Source: Trichoplax adhaerens (taxonomy: Eukaryota; Animalia; Placozoa). Taken from it: 64,000 nt of DNA. Within the stretch, counting starts at the first letter, position 1. Each line of letters begins with the position of its first letter. Location of the stretch: assembly GCF_000150275.1 (NCBI RefSeq), contig NW_002060946.1, positions 2,065,454-2,129,453 of the forward strand. Direction: 5' to 3'. Below, piece by piece: positions 1 to 12,391 of the stretch. A program made the position numbers and the translations under genes. A model generated the notes under the pieces. That model searched no databases. It saw nothing but the letters and a program-made list of their open reading frames with translations, and had not been told where the DNA came from.

Positions 1-750
1 GCCCATACGTCTAAGAATCTACAAGATTATTCCAAGCGTCTTGAGTTCCATAAAAGCAATTATAATGTATTAATACAGCTTTCAATATCTGTTTGTCGAG
101 TGTATAATCATTATGAAATATATAGAAAACACTCAACTGCATTATCTATCGCATTTTATTGAAAGGTTAGTAAAGGTACAGAAATAGACTCGTGCAATGC
201 ATAGACAAATAACTGTTTAATGATATCTCTTCGCTGCATCATACTGTTTCGGATCAGTTCGAGTTCAAAATAAGCGACTTAAGACATGTATCGTATGCAA
301 TGATCAAGTTATCAGATGTAATCTTCAATTGCTTAAATTGAACCAACGGAGCTATTCCATACAGTTACTTCATTGTAATAGAAAATATTTGAAATACGCT
401 TATGATATTGTTACACCATTCGTGGTCAGTTATGGGATCCATTTCTCTTTCTGATGATTCATAGCTCAGGAGCAATCAGTGCTTCTATCCATGAATTACA
501 GTATATCATGTTATATTCTGGTAAATGCAGTAGCAAATAATGTTTTTATTGGCTCGGCTTTCCGCTATTATACCTCATTAATGTATTAAAATAACTATAA
601 CATAGCTTGGCACTGTGAACTAGTATCGCAATTTCGCTAGATATTACCTTCCCTTTAAGCACAATATAACCATTTTGTTGTAGATTTTTGGATTACCTAA
701 TATAATCTACGATACACATATACATTCGCGCATTTGCAATACTTGAGACG

Positions 751-1193
751 AGTAATAATGTGATCTGTATTATAATTAGATATTTATAGACTTTATGTTA
801 GCGCTATGTTGAATCGGTCGCGAGACTGTTGCTTAGCAGCGATCGTTGGGCTCAGATTGGTCACACCGCAGGCCGAGAATTAGCTGCTTGGTCGGAGATG
901 AAGTTGTACGTATGGGAATATTTATGTTAAAGTTTTGTTCAAAAACTATGTTGACAAATAAGATAGGCCCGGATCGTATAAAAGGGTCTTAGAGAGAGAG
1001 CTAAAGTAGCCTTTCAGATTTGCTAAGTCGGGATTAATAGACTAACGTTCTACTATTAGCTATAACCTTTTTATTGCTAATATTCTGTAACCTTTTTATG
1101 TATGTAATAAAGCTATTCTTATCCTAAGGCACTCAGTCTCAGCGTTACTGTGAACCAGTAGTTCGGAATAGCTTAGGAGTAGCAATTATTACA
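751..1193 (+). mobile_element. Solo LTR of an LTR retrotransposon (443 bp)
   Basis: Flanked by identical 5-mers AGACG (746-750 and 1194-1198), read as the TSD. Termini AGTAATAAT...ATTATTACA are an inverted repeat with the first T of TG...CA changed to A. TATAAAAG at 977-984 and AATAAA at 1106-1111 are in the U3-R-U5 order. No internal ORF. Confidence 0.85.
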
Positions 1194-2228
1194 AGACGAC
1201 AAATGATAGCTTCTTATTATCGCATATTAGCTAAGCATGTGTCCTAGCATTAGCAAAGAAGGTTTTGCACAATGAATAATAAATCGGTCAGAGTAAAATT
1301 TAACCAAAAGATGCAGTATTAACATATACGCGTATATAAATTTATTATGTATTTATACTCAATTTTGTAGCGAACATTGATGGACTCATAATAGCAATCA
1401 TACTTGAAATGCGAATGGGGTGATACAGCATATTCAATATATGAACTTAAAGAATTAATTTCAGAGAGTGTATTTACAGCGAATATCTATTATGGTACAA
1501 ATTTAATTTTCACTGCTGATTACCATACTATAGTTTAATCTCATTGAAAAATTCAAAGCAGTATTGCCATGGCTATTGGCTTTGTTATCATACTAAAATA
1601 TTGCCAATCTTTGCTTATTAATTCATATGATATTTGATGCAGGTATGATTAATAAAACGTCCACTAGGGCTTACTCTTGCCATTTGGCCAAAGAATGCAA
1701 TGACTGACTTTGTTGCTAAGGTCTAAATTTAAGACGTTCATATTGTATGGCGTTGCATATTGTTGGTGATAACTGTACACTGTACATCTTATAGTATAAT
1801 ATCAATATGCTGACCACTATATTGAATATCTAAAAGCTGAATTTTTCAACCGGGCATTCTGCCATTCTAAAAAAACCTAAAGTGGTACTGGTATAGTACT
1901 CTAAACTATCGCTGTTGCTTTGATGTTATGAATAAGATTATGGACTAGATCATTGCATGCATTAGTCTATTACAACTAAGCATCGGAGTCAACGACGATT
2001 ACATACATGTAGTACAATATGATATTCACGTAAAATCCACCGATAAATTTACAAAGGTAGATCATTACGAAATAGAATACTAGAAAAGCGAGGAAAGCTA
2101 TTTCATGAACTGTAAATCATACCATTTTGAATAGCTCAATCCTATTATATATAATACGAGTATATTATAAAATTTTAATTATATTAGCAGTTACTGTCTA
2201 TTGCCCAAATTTCTAAATTATGCTTCTT

Positions 2229-2603
2229 CTATTTGGATCTTTCTGTGGAGAAGGTTTCATAATCTTTCTTATACTGACTGCGGCAGTCTTCAATTCCTAA
2301 TGATAACTGATTAGCTAGGACATCGCAATCTTGGATTCCTTCACATCTTAATAACTCCACAAATACTTCTAAATAAAGGATAACAAATTGCTTCCTGGAG
2401 ATAATATCCATAATACTTTGGTTGACATCATAAGCTCTCGATTCTTCAAAATCGGGGATTGACTGCATAATCCGCGATGAGCAAAGCAGGTAACGGGTTC
2501 GTAGCGCCTCAATAATATTTCTTGGTGCTAAAAAATCGCATATCTCATCACGGTATTGCTGTAAAAGTTTGTTACAAGGAGAGTATGGGTATTGGTACGG
2601 CAT
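2229..2603 (-). CDS. Small death-fold (CARD-like) protein, 124 aa, single coding exon
   Basis: Clean ATG-to-stop ORF. The helical pattern LLQQYRDEICDFLAPRNIIEALRTRYLL...SIMDIISRK...LEVFVELLR...DVLANQL resembles CARD domains. A splice acceptor-like TTTATAG lies ~15 nt upstream of the ATG. Family call is by eye. Confidence 0.6.
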   Translation of the reverse strand: MPYQYPYSPCNKLLQQYRDEICDFLAPRNIIEALRTRYLLCSSRIMQSIPDFEESRAYDVNQSIMDIISRKQFVILYLEVFVELLRCEGIQDCDVLANQLSLGIEDCRSQYKKDYETFSTERSK

Positions 2604-3389
2604 CTTTACTTTACAATTCTATAAATTATAGCACCAGAGTTAGTTTGCTTTAAAAAGAAGTCGGACTAATGATTTGACGATGAATATGACGGGCTGCAGT
2701 AAAAACATCGAGGCAAAAGTTTTACATTAATAGAAACTTGTTATACTGTAGGTTTATTTGCATTGCTAGTCCCTATATGGAACGATAGACATATACTGCA
2801 TACATACATATATAGTGAATATTGATAATATTTCTCTCTCTTCTTCCTTCCCCCCCCCCCCCCCCTCCAAAAAAAACAAAGCATGAAATAATAATGAATT
2901 ACTTTAGTGATTTGCTAATTTATTCATCAATACCGCAATAAATTCAATTTGTTCTATTATGCTGAATTTTATTGCTAGTTAAATGAACAGGTCCGAGTTT
3001 TGTTCTAAGAAAGGACTGAACTGAAGATCAATATCATTTCAATTTATAGTTAATCGACCGCAGTATACTTCATATTTCTAATTAAACTATTTGACGCTCT
3101 GGGGGATTGAAAAATTCAATCAGGGTGTGACCAGCAAGCCGCATCGTCGCCCAACTGCACAGCTTGTAAAAGCACTCGGTACGATTTAAAACAGCACTGT
3201 CCGATAGCAGCGTGTAGCCGATACGAGCCAATTTGCGATTCCTCAGATTTATCAATTGGTATTTTGAAAGTAAATAAATAAATAAATAAGCCCCGATCCA
3301 CGTCCACTTCAAATAGTCTCTGATCGAATGCAAAATGCATGTCTGCGATCCGTTTTGACCTCTACCGATCTATGCGTGCATAGAGTGGC

Positions 3390-4000
3390 AGAATGACATA
3401 GGATTACTGTACCGTTTCACAACCAGAACAATGTGCCTATACAGACAGACCCTTAGTCTCCGGATGGACAGGGAGAACTTGTGTGGGGAAGGTAATCTTC
3501 TAAAGCAAATTCTCCTCTTCGGTAAGAAGAAGAATGTCTTTAGAGATGTCTTCTTCTTACCTCTATAGTCTGTACTCATGGACTACTAAATGTACCGGCA
3601 TGTACATTAGTAGTTCATGGCTCCTACAGAGCAGTGTTTTGCAACTTTCTTGTTATCCACTCTGAGAACCGGACTGCAATTCTGTTTAAAAAGATACGTT
3701 GATGGGGCTAGACCTGACGTATCGTCAGCAGTTGTGTTCAAATTAAAAAAGATAAAAGCAAGATGTACGCAAGGACTCGATTGCACTCCGTTTAGTCAGC
3801 ATTAAAAATCAGACTCTTTAAGACCTTTTACTAGCAGAAGTGGTCTTCTAGTACTGTGCCAAAGAGTTGCTTAACTCTATGTAGGAGTATCCGTTCAAAT
3901 CAAAAAGATTGGAAGGGCAGAGAATGTGTTTTTAGAAATGGCCAGTGATATAGATCAGAAAGGTCTAATGGCCTCGTAAAAGGATCATGGGCTACTAGAA
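3390..4000 (+). ncRNA. Candidate structured non-coding element E1 (class unknown)
   Basis: Perfect 13-bp stem 3521-3533/3549-3561; 18-bp bulged stem 3577-3595/3602-3619; 12-bp stem with one mismatch 3471-3482/3505-3516; hairpins 3714-3728 and 3863-3878; long-range CTCCTACA 3621-3628/TGTAGGAG 3880-3887. Wobbles are G-U on the + strand. Transcription is not shown. Confidence 0.45.
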
Positions 4001-4019
4001 GCTTAAACGAAGGTTGTAG

Positions 4020-4350
4020 AGTACATGTACAGTACATTGTACTGTACAGTAGAGTACTGTAGGAGATTTTCTTTGGCATGGACTGTATACAGTGTACAGT
4101 ACTGTACTGTACTGTACACTGTACAGAGTATCATCTACAGTACAAAGTGTAGAATGTACTGTAGAGTATACAGTACAGTGTACAGTACAGTACTGTAGAG
4201 TGTAGAGTGTACAGTACAGTACAGTGTACTGTACAGTACCAGAAGTCCCCAACGGTACCGTACATTGTACTGTATGTACCTGAGTGTCATTCCAGCCTGA
4301 GGTATCCAGTATAGTGTACTGTACACCGTACAGTATAGACTGTACTGTAG
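4020..4350. promoter_or_regulatory. TACAGTA/TACTGTA motif cluster 5' of BAP1
   Basis: Dense, irregularly spaced TACAGT/ACTGTA copies in both orientations, ~500 nt upstream of the BAP1 ATG. A regulatory role is inferred from position. Confidence 0.6.
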
Positions 4351-4834
4351 TTGTTGAGGCGCTTTATAGTTGGCCCTCAAGTTTCCTCCAAGGCCAAGAC
4401 AACAAAGTAGAATCAATCAATCTGGCGATGCTATCCATTCTTCTATATCGACATTATGGCATTCGACAATGTTTACAACACCTTGAAGGCAATCTAGCTA
4501 GCTTCCAACTGGATATTGTGACAGTGATCAAGCAAAATAAGAGCGCGTAGCATCAGTATTCAACACCGAGGCAACAACATTGTGCGGCTTGGAGTGGACG
4601 ACAATATCGCTACCCGTACACGCGTGGGCGCTAATACTGTACCACTCTAACTTTAGAAATTGACGGACGACTATAGTCAGGGCATTGTACTCGCCAGCTA
4701 GTTCTCCAGACTACAACCTTGAGTTGTCTCTTCGTGCTGTACCTTCATACTGTACCGTTTAAGGGCTCTATCATCACAGTCCAAACAATTTTCTATGCTT
4801 TAATTCAAGGTAGATCAATCAATCTCCAATTAAA

Positions 4835-7800
4835 ATGGCGAATTCAGATGGTTGGCGAGAACTAGAAAGTGATCCGGGTAAAACAACAGTCCCTATGCTA
4901 TATCGTATTGCTCAATTTTTGCTTCTGTGATTGCATTCAATTCATTTTTTTCCTCCTTTTTTAAATTGTATTGGACGGTGGGCATGGATTGGATCATGGT
5001 GTTGAACGACGTATCTTGCTTGGACGATACTATAGGACTATTTACACTTTTGATTGAAGATATGGGTAAGCGATAGATTGAATAGAATTTAACTTGATCG
5101 TTGCAGTGGTTACCATCAAGCTCTTCAATTTATAGTCTATTAGTAGATAGTACGCACTAGACCCTTGTCCTTTACAACAGTGTTAGTAGCTTTTACGATT
5201 GTCTCCTCCAACCCAATCATCCACACCATATCAACAAAGCAATCACATCAATGTCATACCTCTCAACTCAGAATAAATCATCATCACTTCAATCATGTGC
5301 TAATCTTGACATCATTTAAGCTTAATTGTTTCAAAGCACCACGAGTTAGAGTTATCAACAGTCTGTTAGTGATAAAGATAACCAATTTTCCCTATCCAAT
5401 AATCCATGGTGGATGAATTAGATGTATTACTACTTTGTCTCATTATCCCCTTCTATGTGGGTATTTTAAAATTAGGTGTTACCGGAGTCGAAGTGGAAGA
5501 GATTTATGACTTATCAGAGCCATTTGATAGGTAAATGGATCAAATCAATCTAGCAATTGGACACAACGGTCAAATATTCACTAACCTCTAACCATAGGCT
5601 ACTACCTCAACTACAATAATTTCTTAATCTATATCTGACCACTTTTCAGGAAAATTTACGGATTTATATTCCTTTTCAAATGGACTAAAGATAGAAGATC
5701 AAGACGAATGATGCAAGAGCAACTGCAAGCTGAGCAATATGCTTACGATACAACAATTGCTAATAGAATATTCTTTGCCCAACAGGTTAGCTACTGCTAA
5801 AAGTGAATGATTGATTATTTTTTGTTGTCACTTTCTGGGAAATAGACTAAAAGTTTGTTTAATGGATGGACTAAATGGGAACATAAAGTATCAATGGTGT
5901 GATGCAAATCAATTAATTTCTCATTTCCTTTTAGTTAATCCCCAATTCCTGTGCTACTCATGCTCTGTTAAGTATCCTATTAAACTCGCCATCGATCGAA
6001 GTTGGTGAAACATTATCAGAATTTCGTCAATTTACAAAAGATCATAATCCGGAAGTAAGAATAGAATGTCATACCCGATATCTACTTGTACTCTTAATTC
6101 CTTAACCTATTCGATCGTTAATGTAACGGAAATACTTACGCGGATATGTTGCATCCTGCTTTTAAGGTGAAAGGATTGGCTATTGGTAACGTCTCTAAAT
6201 TAGTCAAGGCCCATAACAATCATGCAAGGTTGAATAGTAATAGATTTTATGTACTTTTCTGACTGAATGTCGATCATCACCTTTATAAACTGTATATACA
6301 GTGCCAAGTTACTGTAATATGGTAACAGTTTCGATATGCATACTCATCGAAGAATCGTTCGTAATATTATAGACCTGAAAATCGTCATGTCAATACCAGA
6401 GGCAGTGTATCTCATGGTCAAAGTGCTGAGTCTTTTCACTTTGTTAGCTACTTGCCCATTGATGATCATTTATATGAATTAGATGGACTTAAACCTTATC
6501 CCATCGATCATGGTTTGTATCTTGTCGAAAATATTTCAAAAGTTTATAATATGCCATCAAGCATCATTGTTCTCATACTAATTCTCACCTGGTATATTTA
6601 TTGTTTCTTCAGGTGTTTTACCTGAAGGAGAAAATTGGACAGAGATGTTTCGTCGTGTTATTAAAGCTCGCTTGGGCATGGAAACAAACAAGTATATTAC
6701 CTTAAATCAGAATTACTTGGATCAATTGATAACTGAGCGACTTTTAGCGTACTCATGAACTGTATTTCATTTATTATTTTTAGCGAGCCTTGCCACGATA
6801 TACGTTATAATCTGATGTCAATAGTAGCGGATAAACGAACTGTACTTCTTAAAAGGATGTATACCTTAGTTAACTGCCAGTAAGCCTAAAATCTTCATAT
6901 TTTTTGGACTAACCCATTAAAATTGTTTTTGAATATCATTTAATTCGACCATTTTTTGGGAATCTTTTCACAGAAACATTATGAAGGCTGCTATAGTTAA
7001 GGTTATTATACTATCTTTTTTTTTTAAAGTTAACATGCTGAGAATGCTAATGCATACAGCACGTCATCATCAATTACATTCGGTGATTAATCATTCATTT
7101 GTTATGATCGCTTGCAGGCTAATCAACTTACTAAGGATCTTCAGCGAAAATCGCGGCATAAATATGGGAAAAAGTCTGAACCAGGTTAATATCTTTATTT
7201 ATATGTATGAAGACTTAGTAGTACATCTTGTAGGAAAATTTGATTATTATATCATCATGTGGTCGCATAATTTACCATTTTTTGTAGCTGATGAAGAAAA
7301 AAAACTGGCAAAGATACTAAAGGAAATATATGCAGAATCGAATAATAACAGAGTTCAAGAGATAGATAACTTAGATGGGACAATATCACATAATAACTGT
7401 AAGAATGAATCTACTTTCCAATTAAATGATGAAATAAGTACAGGCAGTCTAGATTCCTCTGAAGCAACTGGTACTTCGGAGGAAAAATGCAATCAAGACG
7501 GCCAAAATAATGTTCATGATACATTAGCAAATGAGCGGACTGCAAAAACTGCTTGCCCGTTTGATAGTATTGAAAGTAATTACGCTCAAAAATTAAAAAA
7601 TGACTCTGTAAAAGAAAATGGTGCAAACAAACAGAAGCAAAAGAGATCTGCAAATGGTGTAAAAGATGATTTTAAAGCTAAAAAACGAAAGCAAAAGAAG
7701 ACTAGCGATGATGTAAAATTGATCAACGGAGTTGCTGATAGCATTATTAATAAGATCATTACGACCATAGGAGCTAAATATGGCTTACTAAAGGTATCAA

Positions 7801-8714
7801 ATGATACCACTTTCATAGATAAAAATCGCAAATTTTTAAAGAAAAATATTAAGGCCTTAGATGCAGCTCCTTCACCTTCGAAAGTGATTGATGTCATAGC
7901 CGAATTATTTTCGGATCGATTGCAGGAAATCCATATGTCATATTTGAATATTATTTGGGACCAAATTACTAGAGGTTAATATATACTGAACATCCTTCTT
8001 TCTGATGATTTAATTTATTATACGAATACTGGCTAATCATGGTTGACTGCTGCATACTTTTATGATGAATTATAACCATGCATTTATTCTTGTTACAGAG
8101 TCTAAAGTAAAATCCTATTCAAAATTTAATGCAATTCATCATGAACATAATTATTTCAAAAGTACTTCTGACTTTTTCTTACCTCCAGAAATTAAGGTAT
8201 AATATTACGATCGTGAGCTAGTTGATGTTTGTTTTAAATAGTCTGATGTAAAATTTATGAATTACTACCGTGCATAACTACTATGATATTCCTTTGAAAT
8301 ATTTTAGATTTTAACGGAAATGAACAAAAACTTAGAGGTACAAGTAAAGATTTGTGACACTGAATTATGTGAAGAAATAGATAAAAGAAAACGATATATC
8401 GTAAGTGTTGCGTACTTTCGATGTCATTAACTTATCTTTAGCTAAATATTCTGTCGCGGTAATTTTTCACAATATTTTATATTACAACGTCATAGATTGA
8501 CAATTGTCGACGAATCCATAATTACGATCCTTTTATTAGCACTTTCTTGAAAATGTTAGCGGATACTGATTCACTTTCGGAACTAGTAGAGCGTAATTGT
8601 GAATTAAGCAAGCGTCAAATACGTTACGGAAAGAAATCTCTTTTTAACACTCCCAGAGGACGTACAAATAAACCGAAATCTATCAAAAGAAAAGGTAAAG
8701 GCTCGGAAATATGA
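4835..8714 (+). CDS. BAP1: BAP1/calypso ubiquitin C-terminal hydrolase (15 coding exons)
   Basis: Exons 4835-4877, 5036-5065, 5476-5530, 5650-5785, 5935-6054, 6167-6228, 6373-6512, 6613-6691, 6784-6879, 6974-7001, 7118-7184, 7288-7974, 8099-8196, 8308-8400, 8496-8714. They translate to [36 protein letters not shown] (catalytic Cys), FHFVSY...[14 protein letters not shown] (His/Asp), a long linker, the [23 protein letters not shown] and a basic C-terminus. Linker exon borders are less certain. Confidence 0.95.
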
Positions 8715-11578
8715 AACCGGATTTCAATATTTTTACTCGGTCAAACCTCGCGGCTTTACGAATTTTTCTTAATTTTGTAAATTGAATCTATTTTATGTAT
8801 ACTTTATCATAGAGGAGATATCTAATAGCACAAAGCGAGCGTTTTCGAGTGTATTCAAAGTATACAATTGTACATATAAACCATGCATACACGCAACTGC
8901 ATTCGAGCGTAGCCACACTAAGCATTTGTACATATAGATGGAAACCTTAAGTATACATAACTGCAACAGCAGTTAATGGCTATGACGCTCTAGCTTACTA
9001 ATTAAATCTGCAAAATGTATGCATGTAACAGATCCACACCGTAGGTTTGTTTTTATTTAAGATTAAACGATGCCAAAATATAAGGTATTAACTTACTAAT
9101 ATTAGAACCTAGCCATACCGTGATAAATTAATGATGGATGCTTTGCTACCACCACTTTGACTGACTCGCTTTTGTATATTTTAAGTTCGAAATTCCTATC
9201 TATTTATTGGCTCACTATGTCAGTACAAATCCGATGTTATGCATTACCATTAGCTCCATATTAACCATGATTCAATACGACAAAGTCTAACTATGATCAA
9301 TATGATTGATAGATATATCATACAATTGGAAAATTGTGTTCAATACAATCTTTTATTATGATGATGATCTAGTTTGACCCTATATATTATTTCTAATTAT
9401 ATCGCATTTATATATTTCGGCCAAAGAAATACTATTCTATATATCAGTTTTAAAACAAAATCTTCATAATTTTGGACTCCGTAACAGAATTGTTACTATC
9501 ACATATTCAATGATAAAGGGATATTCTATGCAAAACTATCCGAAGAGAAAATTTTACGATAAATAACATCGATTACATCTTACAAAGATGTTATAAAATA
9601 AAATTCAAACAATTTTTGCTTATTTAAATTCACTGTTGTGGCATTTTTATGCTCGTATAATTAAATTATTCGATACAAGCTATACGAAATATTAGCATGA
9701 AATTCCATATCTTCTACTACTACTCAGTTTGTTGAATAAGTGATGCAAGTTTTTCATCGGCGAGCGAATTTTTAAACCTGTGCAGCATATCAGTACAACA
9801 TGAATCTATGCACAGTTGAGCCAAACCGATAATCTTAGAACAATCTTAGAATAATCTAGAGTCAAATCACCGTCATAGCGTTCTGTGCAATAACGTTGCC
9901 ATACCAACTGTTCACGAAGCATTTAAATGGCATATAAATTGATGTAATTATCTAGTTATTTGTCAGAGAAATGTAGTAGTTACAAGTGCCCATACGCAGT
10001 CACAAGGCCAAGACATCCGGGCCCACACATAAGAAATAGGACTACCACAGTGAATGATATTACTTTCGGAAGCGAGCTGTTTATTTGACATATGTCATTC
10101 AATATTATATGTCAATATTTTTTTCCCACAATACTGTATTATTATGATCGCATTACAGTTACCAAAATTGAAATTATTATTACCCAGACATATGAAATTC
10201 CCTAGGCTAAAGAGTAAAAGCAGAGGTTAATTTAAAGATATCCTTACATTGCATTACCGGCTAGCGATAAAGTTAGTTGACAACCGTAACAGCATCTCAT
10301 ATTGTTTTTCTTAAGCTATTAAGACGGAACAGTACTAAAAATCTCCATAGTCTTTATTTGCAATACCAAAAAATAGTTGATAATACAGTACATTTGCATT
10401 AAAATTAAGAAACGTGCAATGCATTCGTAATATTATTCAATTCTTTCTCTTACGTTACCGATTTAATTTTGGTCACTATCTGAATGATATATCGTGATCG
10501 CTGCGACATGCTCAGATAGTTAAATAACAGAATATTAATAGCTAAACAAACTATCGTTGCAGTATATTCAGCTTTTCACTCATCTATACGATTTACTCTG
10601 TAGCTATTCCCTCTATAGTAGGTCGAGAAAAATCAAAGATAGAGATTATTTTAACTTATTCATCTCTTTCATAGCTAAATACTATCAGCTGTTGAACTAC
10701 TAAAAAATAAGATCTGATTGGCTTTATCGTGAGATAAAATCGTTCATAATACTATTGTATATGTTATATACGCTTAGTAAGGTAAATTGAGGTTTGTTAC
10801 GTATTAATTCACTATCTCACTCGGGTTTATCGGATAGATGCAACATTACAGCTAAGTGTATTTCAAATGGTTTTAGTTGCTAAGGAGAATAGAGCTATAG
10901 GTACAGAATCACGCAGAATAACCAACATTGCAAACTAAGGATCGATAGGCAATACACATTGCACAACCTCCCTATTCCCTTGTAAACTCTCCGGTGCTGC
11001 GCAGTGCAGAAATTAAGGGTGTGGAGGGATCGTATACGCCTCTCGACCCCGAAACAATAAAAAATAAAAATTTTAGAATAAGGATTTCATATGGCTTTAT
11101 AATCAATTTTGAAGACTTAGAATCTCATTAATAATTTACAATGTAATGATTAGTACAGACTGAAAATTCCTCCAATTAAATGGTCTAGAATCATTATGAA
11201 AATAGAGCAATATTGCTACCATAATAAGATTCGAAAAAACAGCTTTATGCCCAATATTGTTGGCCATGTTACACATTTAAAATAAGAACACTGGTATTAT
11301 TTTATATTCGTACAGTATATTGTATAATTTATCAAGGTCAATATTGACTTATGGGGAAAATATACAATAACGGTGCCTGAATTTCTACTGAAGAGTTAAA
11401 GCATTTAACAAACGTCATGAGTATGAGACAATTACGTTGCAAAGTATAATTAAACATCGATGCAATAGATTGTCGGCATAACACCGATCAACGATCACTT
11501 GAAGCAGTGATTCTATAGAAAAATAATACTGGCAAGGTATCGGACTAGTTCTTTCTACTTTGACTACAGGTAGTAATC

Positions 11579-12391
11579 ATGGCTAAAACGTTCAACTATA
11601 AAAATTCTACACTAGCTTATCAGGATCAAGGCAATGGATTTCCGATTATTTTTATCGGAAGTTATTTATGTGACAGATCGATGTGGAGAGATCAAGTCGA
11701 ACATTTATCTAAACGCTATCGTTGTATCGTATTAGAACTATGGGATCATGGACAGTCTGGTCACTTGCCATCTGCATCTACAACATTAGATGAGCTTACT
11801 GATGATGTCTGGGAGTTTGTAAGGCACCTTCAATTGGAACGATTTGCTTATATTGGTCTATCGATCGGCGGTATGATTGGAGCTCGACTAGCCTTGAAAC
11901 ATCCTCAAGCGATTGCTGTGTTGGGCTTATTTAATACCGGTCTGGACAAAGAGACTCCGGAAAATTTAGCTGTATTTCCAGCTCTTTTACAACAAGTTGA
12001 TGAAGCACAAGCTATTTTTCCAGTAGCGGTAGAAAAATTGTCGATGGCCTTTTTCTCTCAAAACTCCTTCATTGAAAATGCACAGTACGTCAGTGAATGG
12101 ATTGAAGGATTGATTAACAGTGATACTAGAAAAATACCAGGAACTGTTGCTATTGGCCGTGCTGTCTTTCAACGGGCATCAATCCTTGATCAAATTAGTC
12201 AAATTCAAGTCCCGACATTATCTTTAACAGGCGATCAAGAATTTATATTCCCTCCGGCGATAGCGGAGGAAATTGCCAGCCGTATTAAAGGAGCAGCATG
12301 TGTTATCGTTCCAGGAGCAAGCCACATTTCTCCTATCGACAATCCACAAGTTGTAATACAAGCCATCGAGGAACTATTATCCAAAATATAA
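11579..12391 (+). CDS. Intronless alpha/beta-fold hydrolase, bacterial enol-lactonase/PcaD-like
   Basis: 270-aa ORF: YQDQGNG, GSYLCDRSMW, ELWDHGQSG, nucleophile motif GLSIGG, acid in GDQE, catalytic His in GASHIS. AATAAA at 12541 and 12621. Confidence 0.9.
   Translation: MAKTFNYKNSTLAYQDQGNGFPIIFIGSYLCDRSMWRDQVEHLSKRYRCIVLELWDHGQSGHLPSASTTLDELTDDVWEFVRHLQLERFAYIGLSIGGMIGARLALKHPQAIAVLGLFNTGLDKETPENLAVFPALLQQVDEAQAIFPVAVEKLSMAFFSQNSFIENAQYVSEWIEGLINSDTRKIPGTVAIGRAVFQRASILDQISQIQVPTLSLTGDQEFIFPPAIAEEIASRIKGAACVIVPGASHISPIDNPQVVIQAIEELLSKI

Noticed and set aside
2850-2865. Poly-C tract as a functional G-quadruplex
   Set aside because: A simple homopolymer with no supporting context.
3600-3900. 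E1 as telomerase RNA (pseudoknot-like U-rich/A-rich pairing)
   Set aside because: No CUAACCCU-type template for TTAGGG on either strand and no clear H/ACA domain.
3825-3910. tRNA or tRNA-SINE from A-box-like TAGCAGAAGTGG and B-box-like GTTCAAATC
   Set aside because: The T-stem and acceptor stem do not pair; there is no cloverleaf.
3700-4250. RNase MRP from ATGGGGCT (3702) and GAAGTCCCC (4242)
   Set aside because: The two P4-like strands are in the wrong order.
3995-4416. Y/C/T/V/S-rich ORFs here and at 21982, 45127 and 54676
   Set aside because: Translation artefacts of the TACAGTA motif clusters.
6981-7979. 332-aa ORF as a separate gene
   Set aside because: It is BAP1's large linker exon read through upstream introns.
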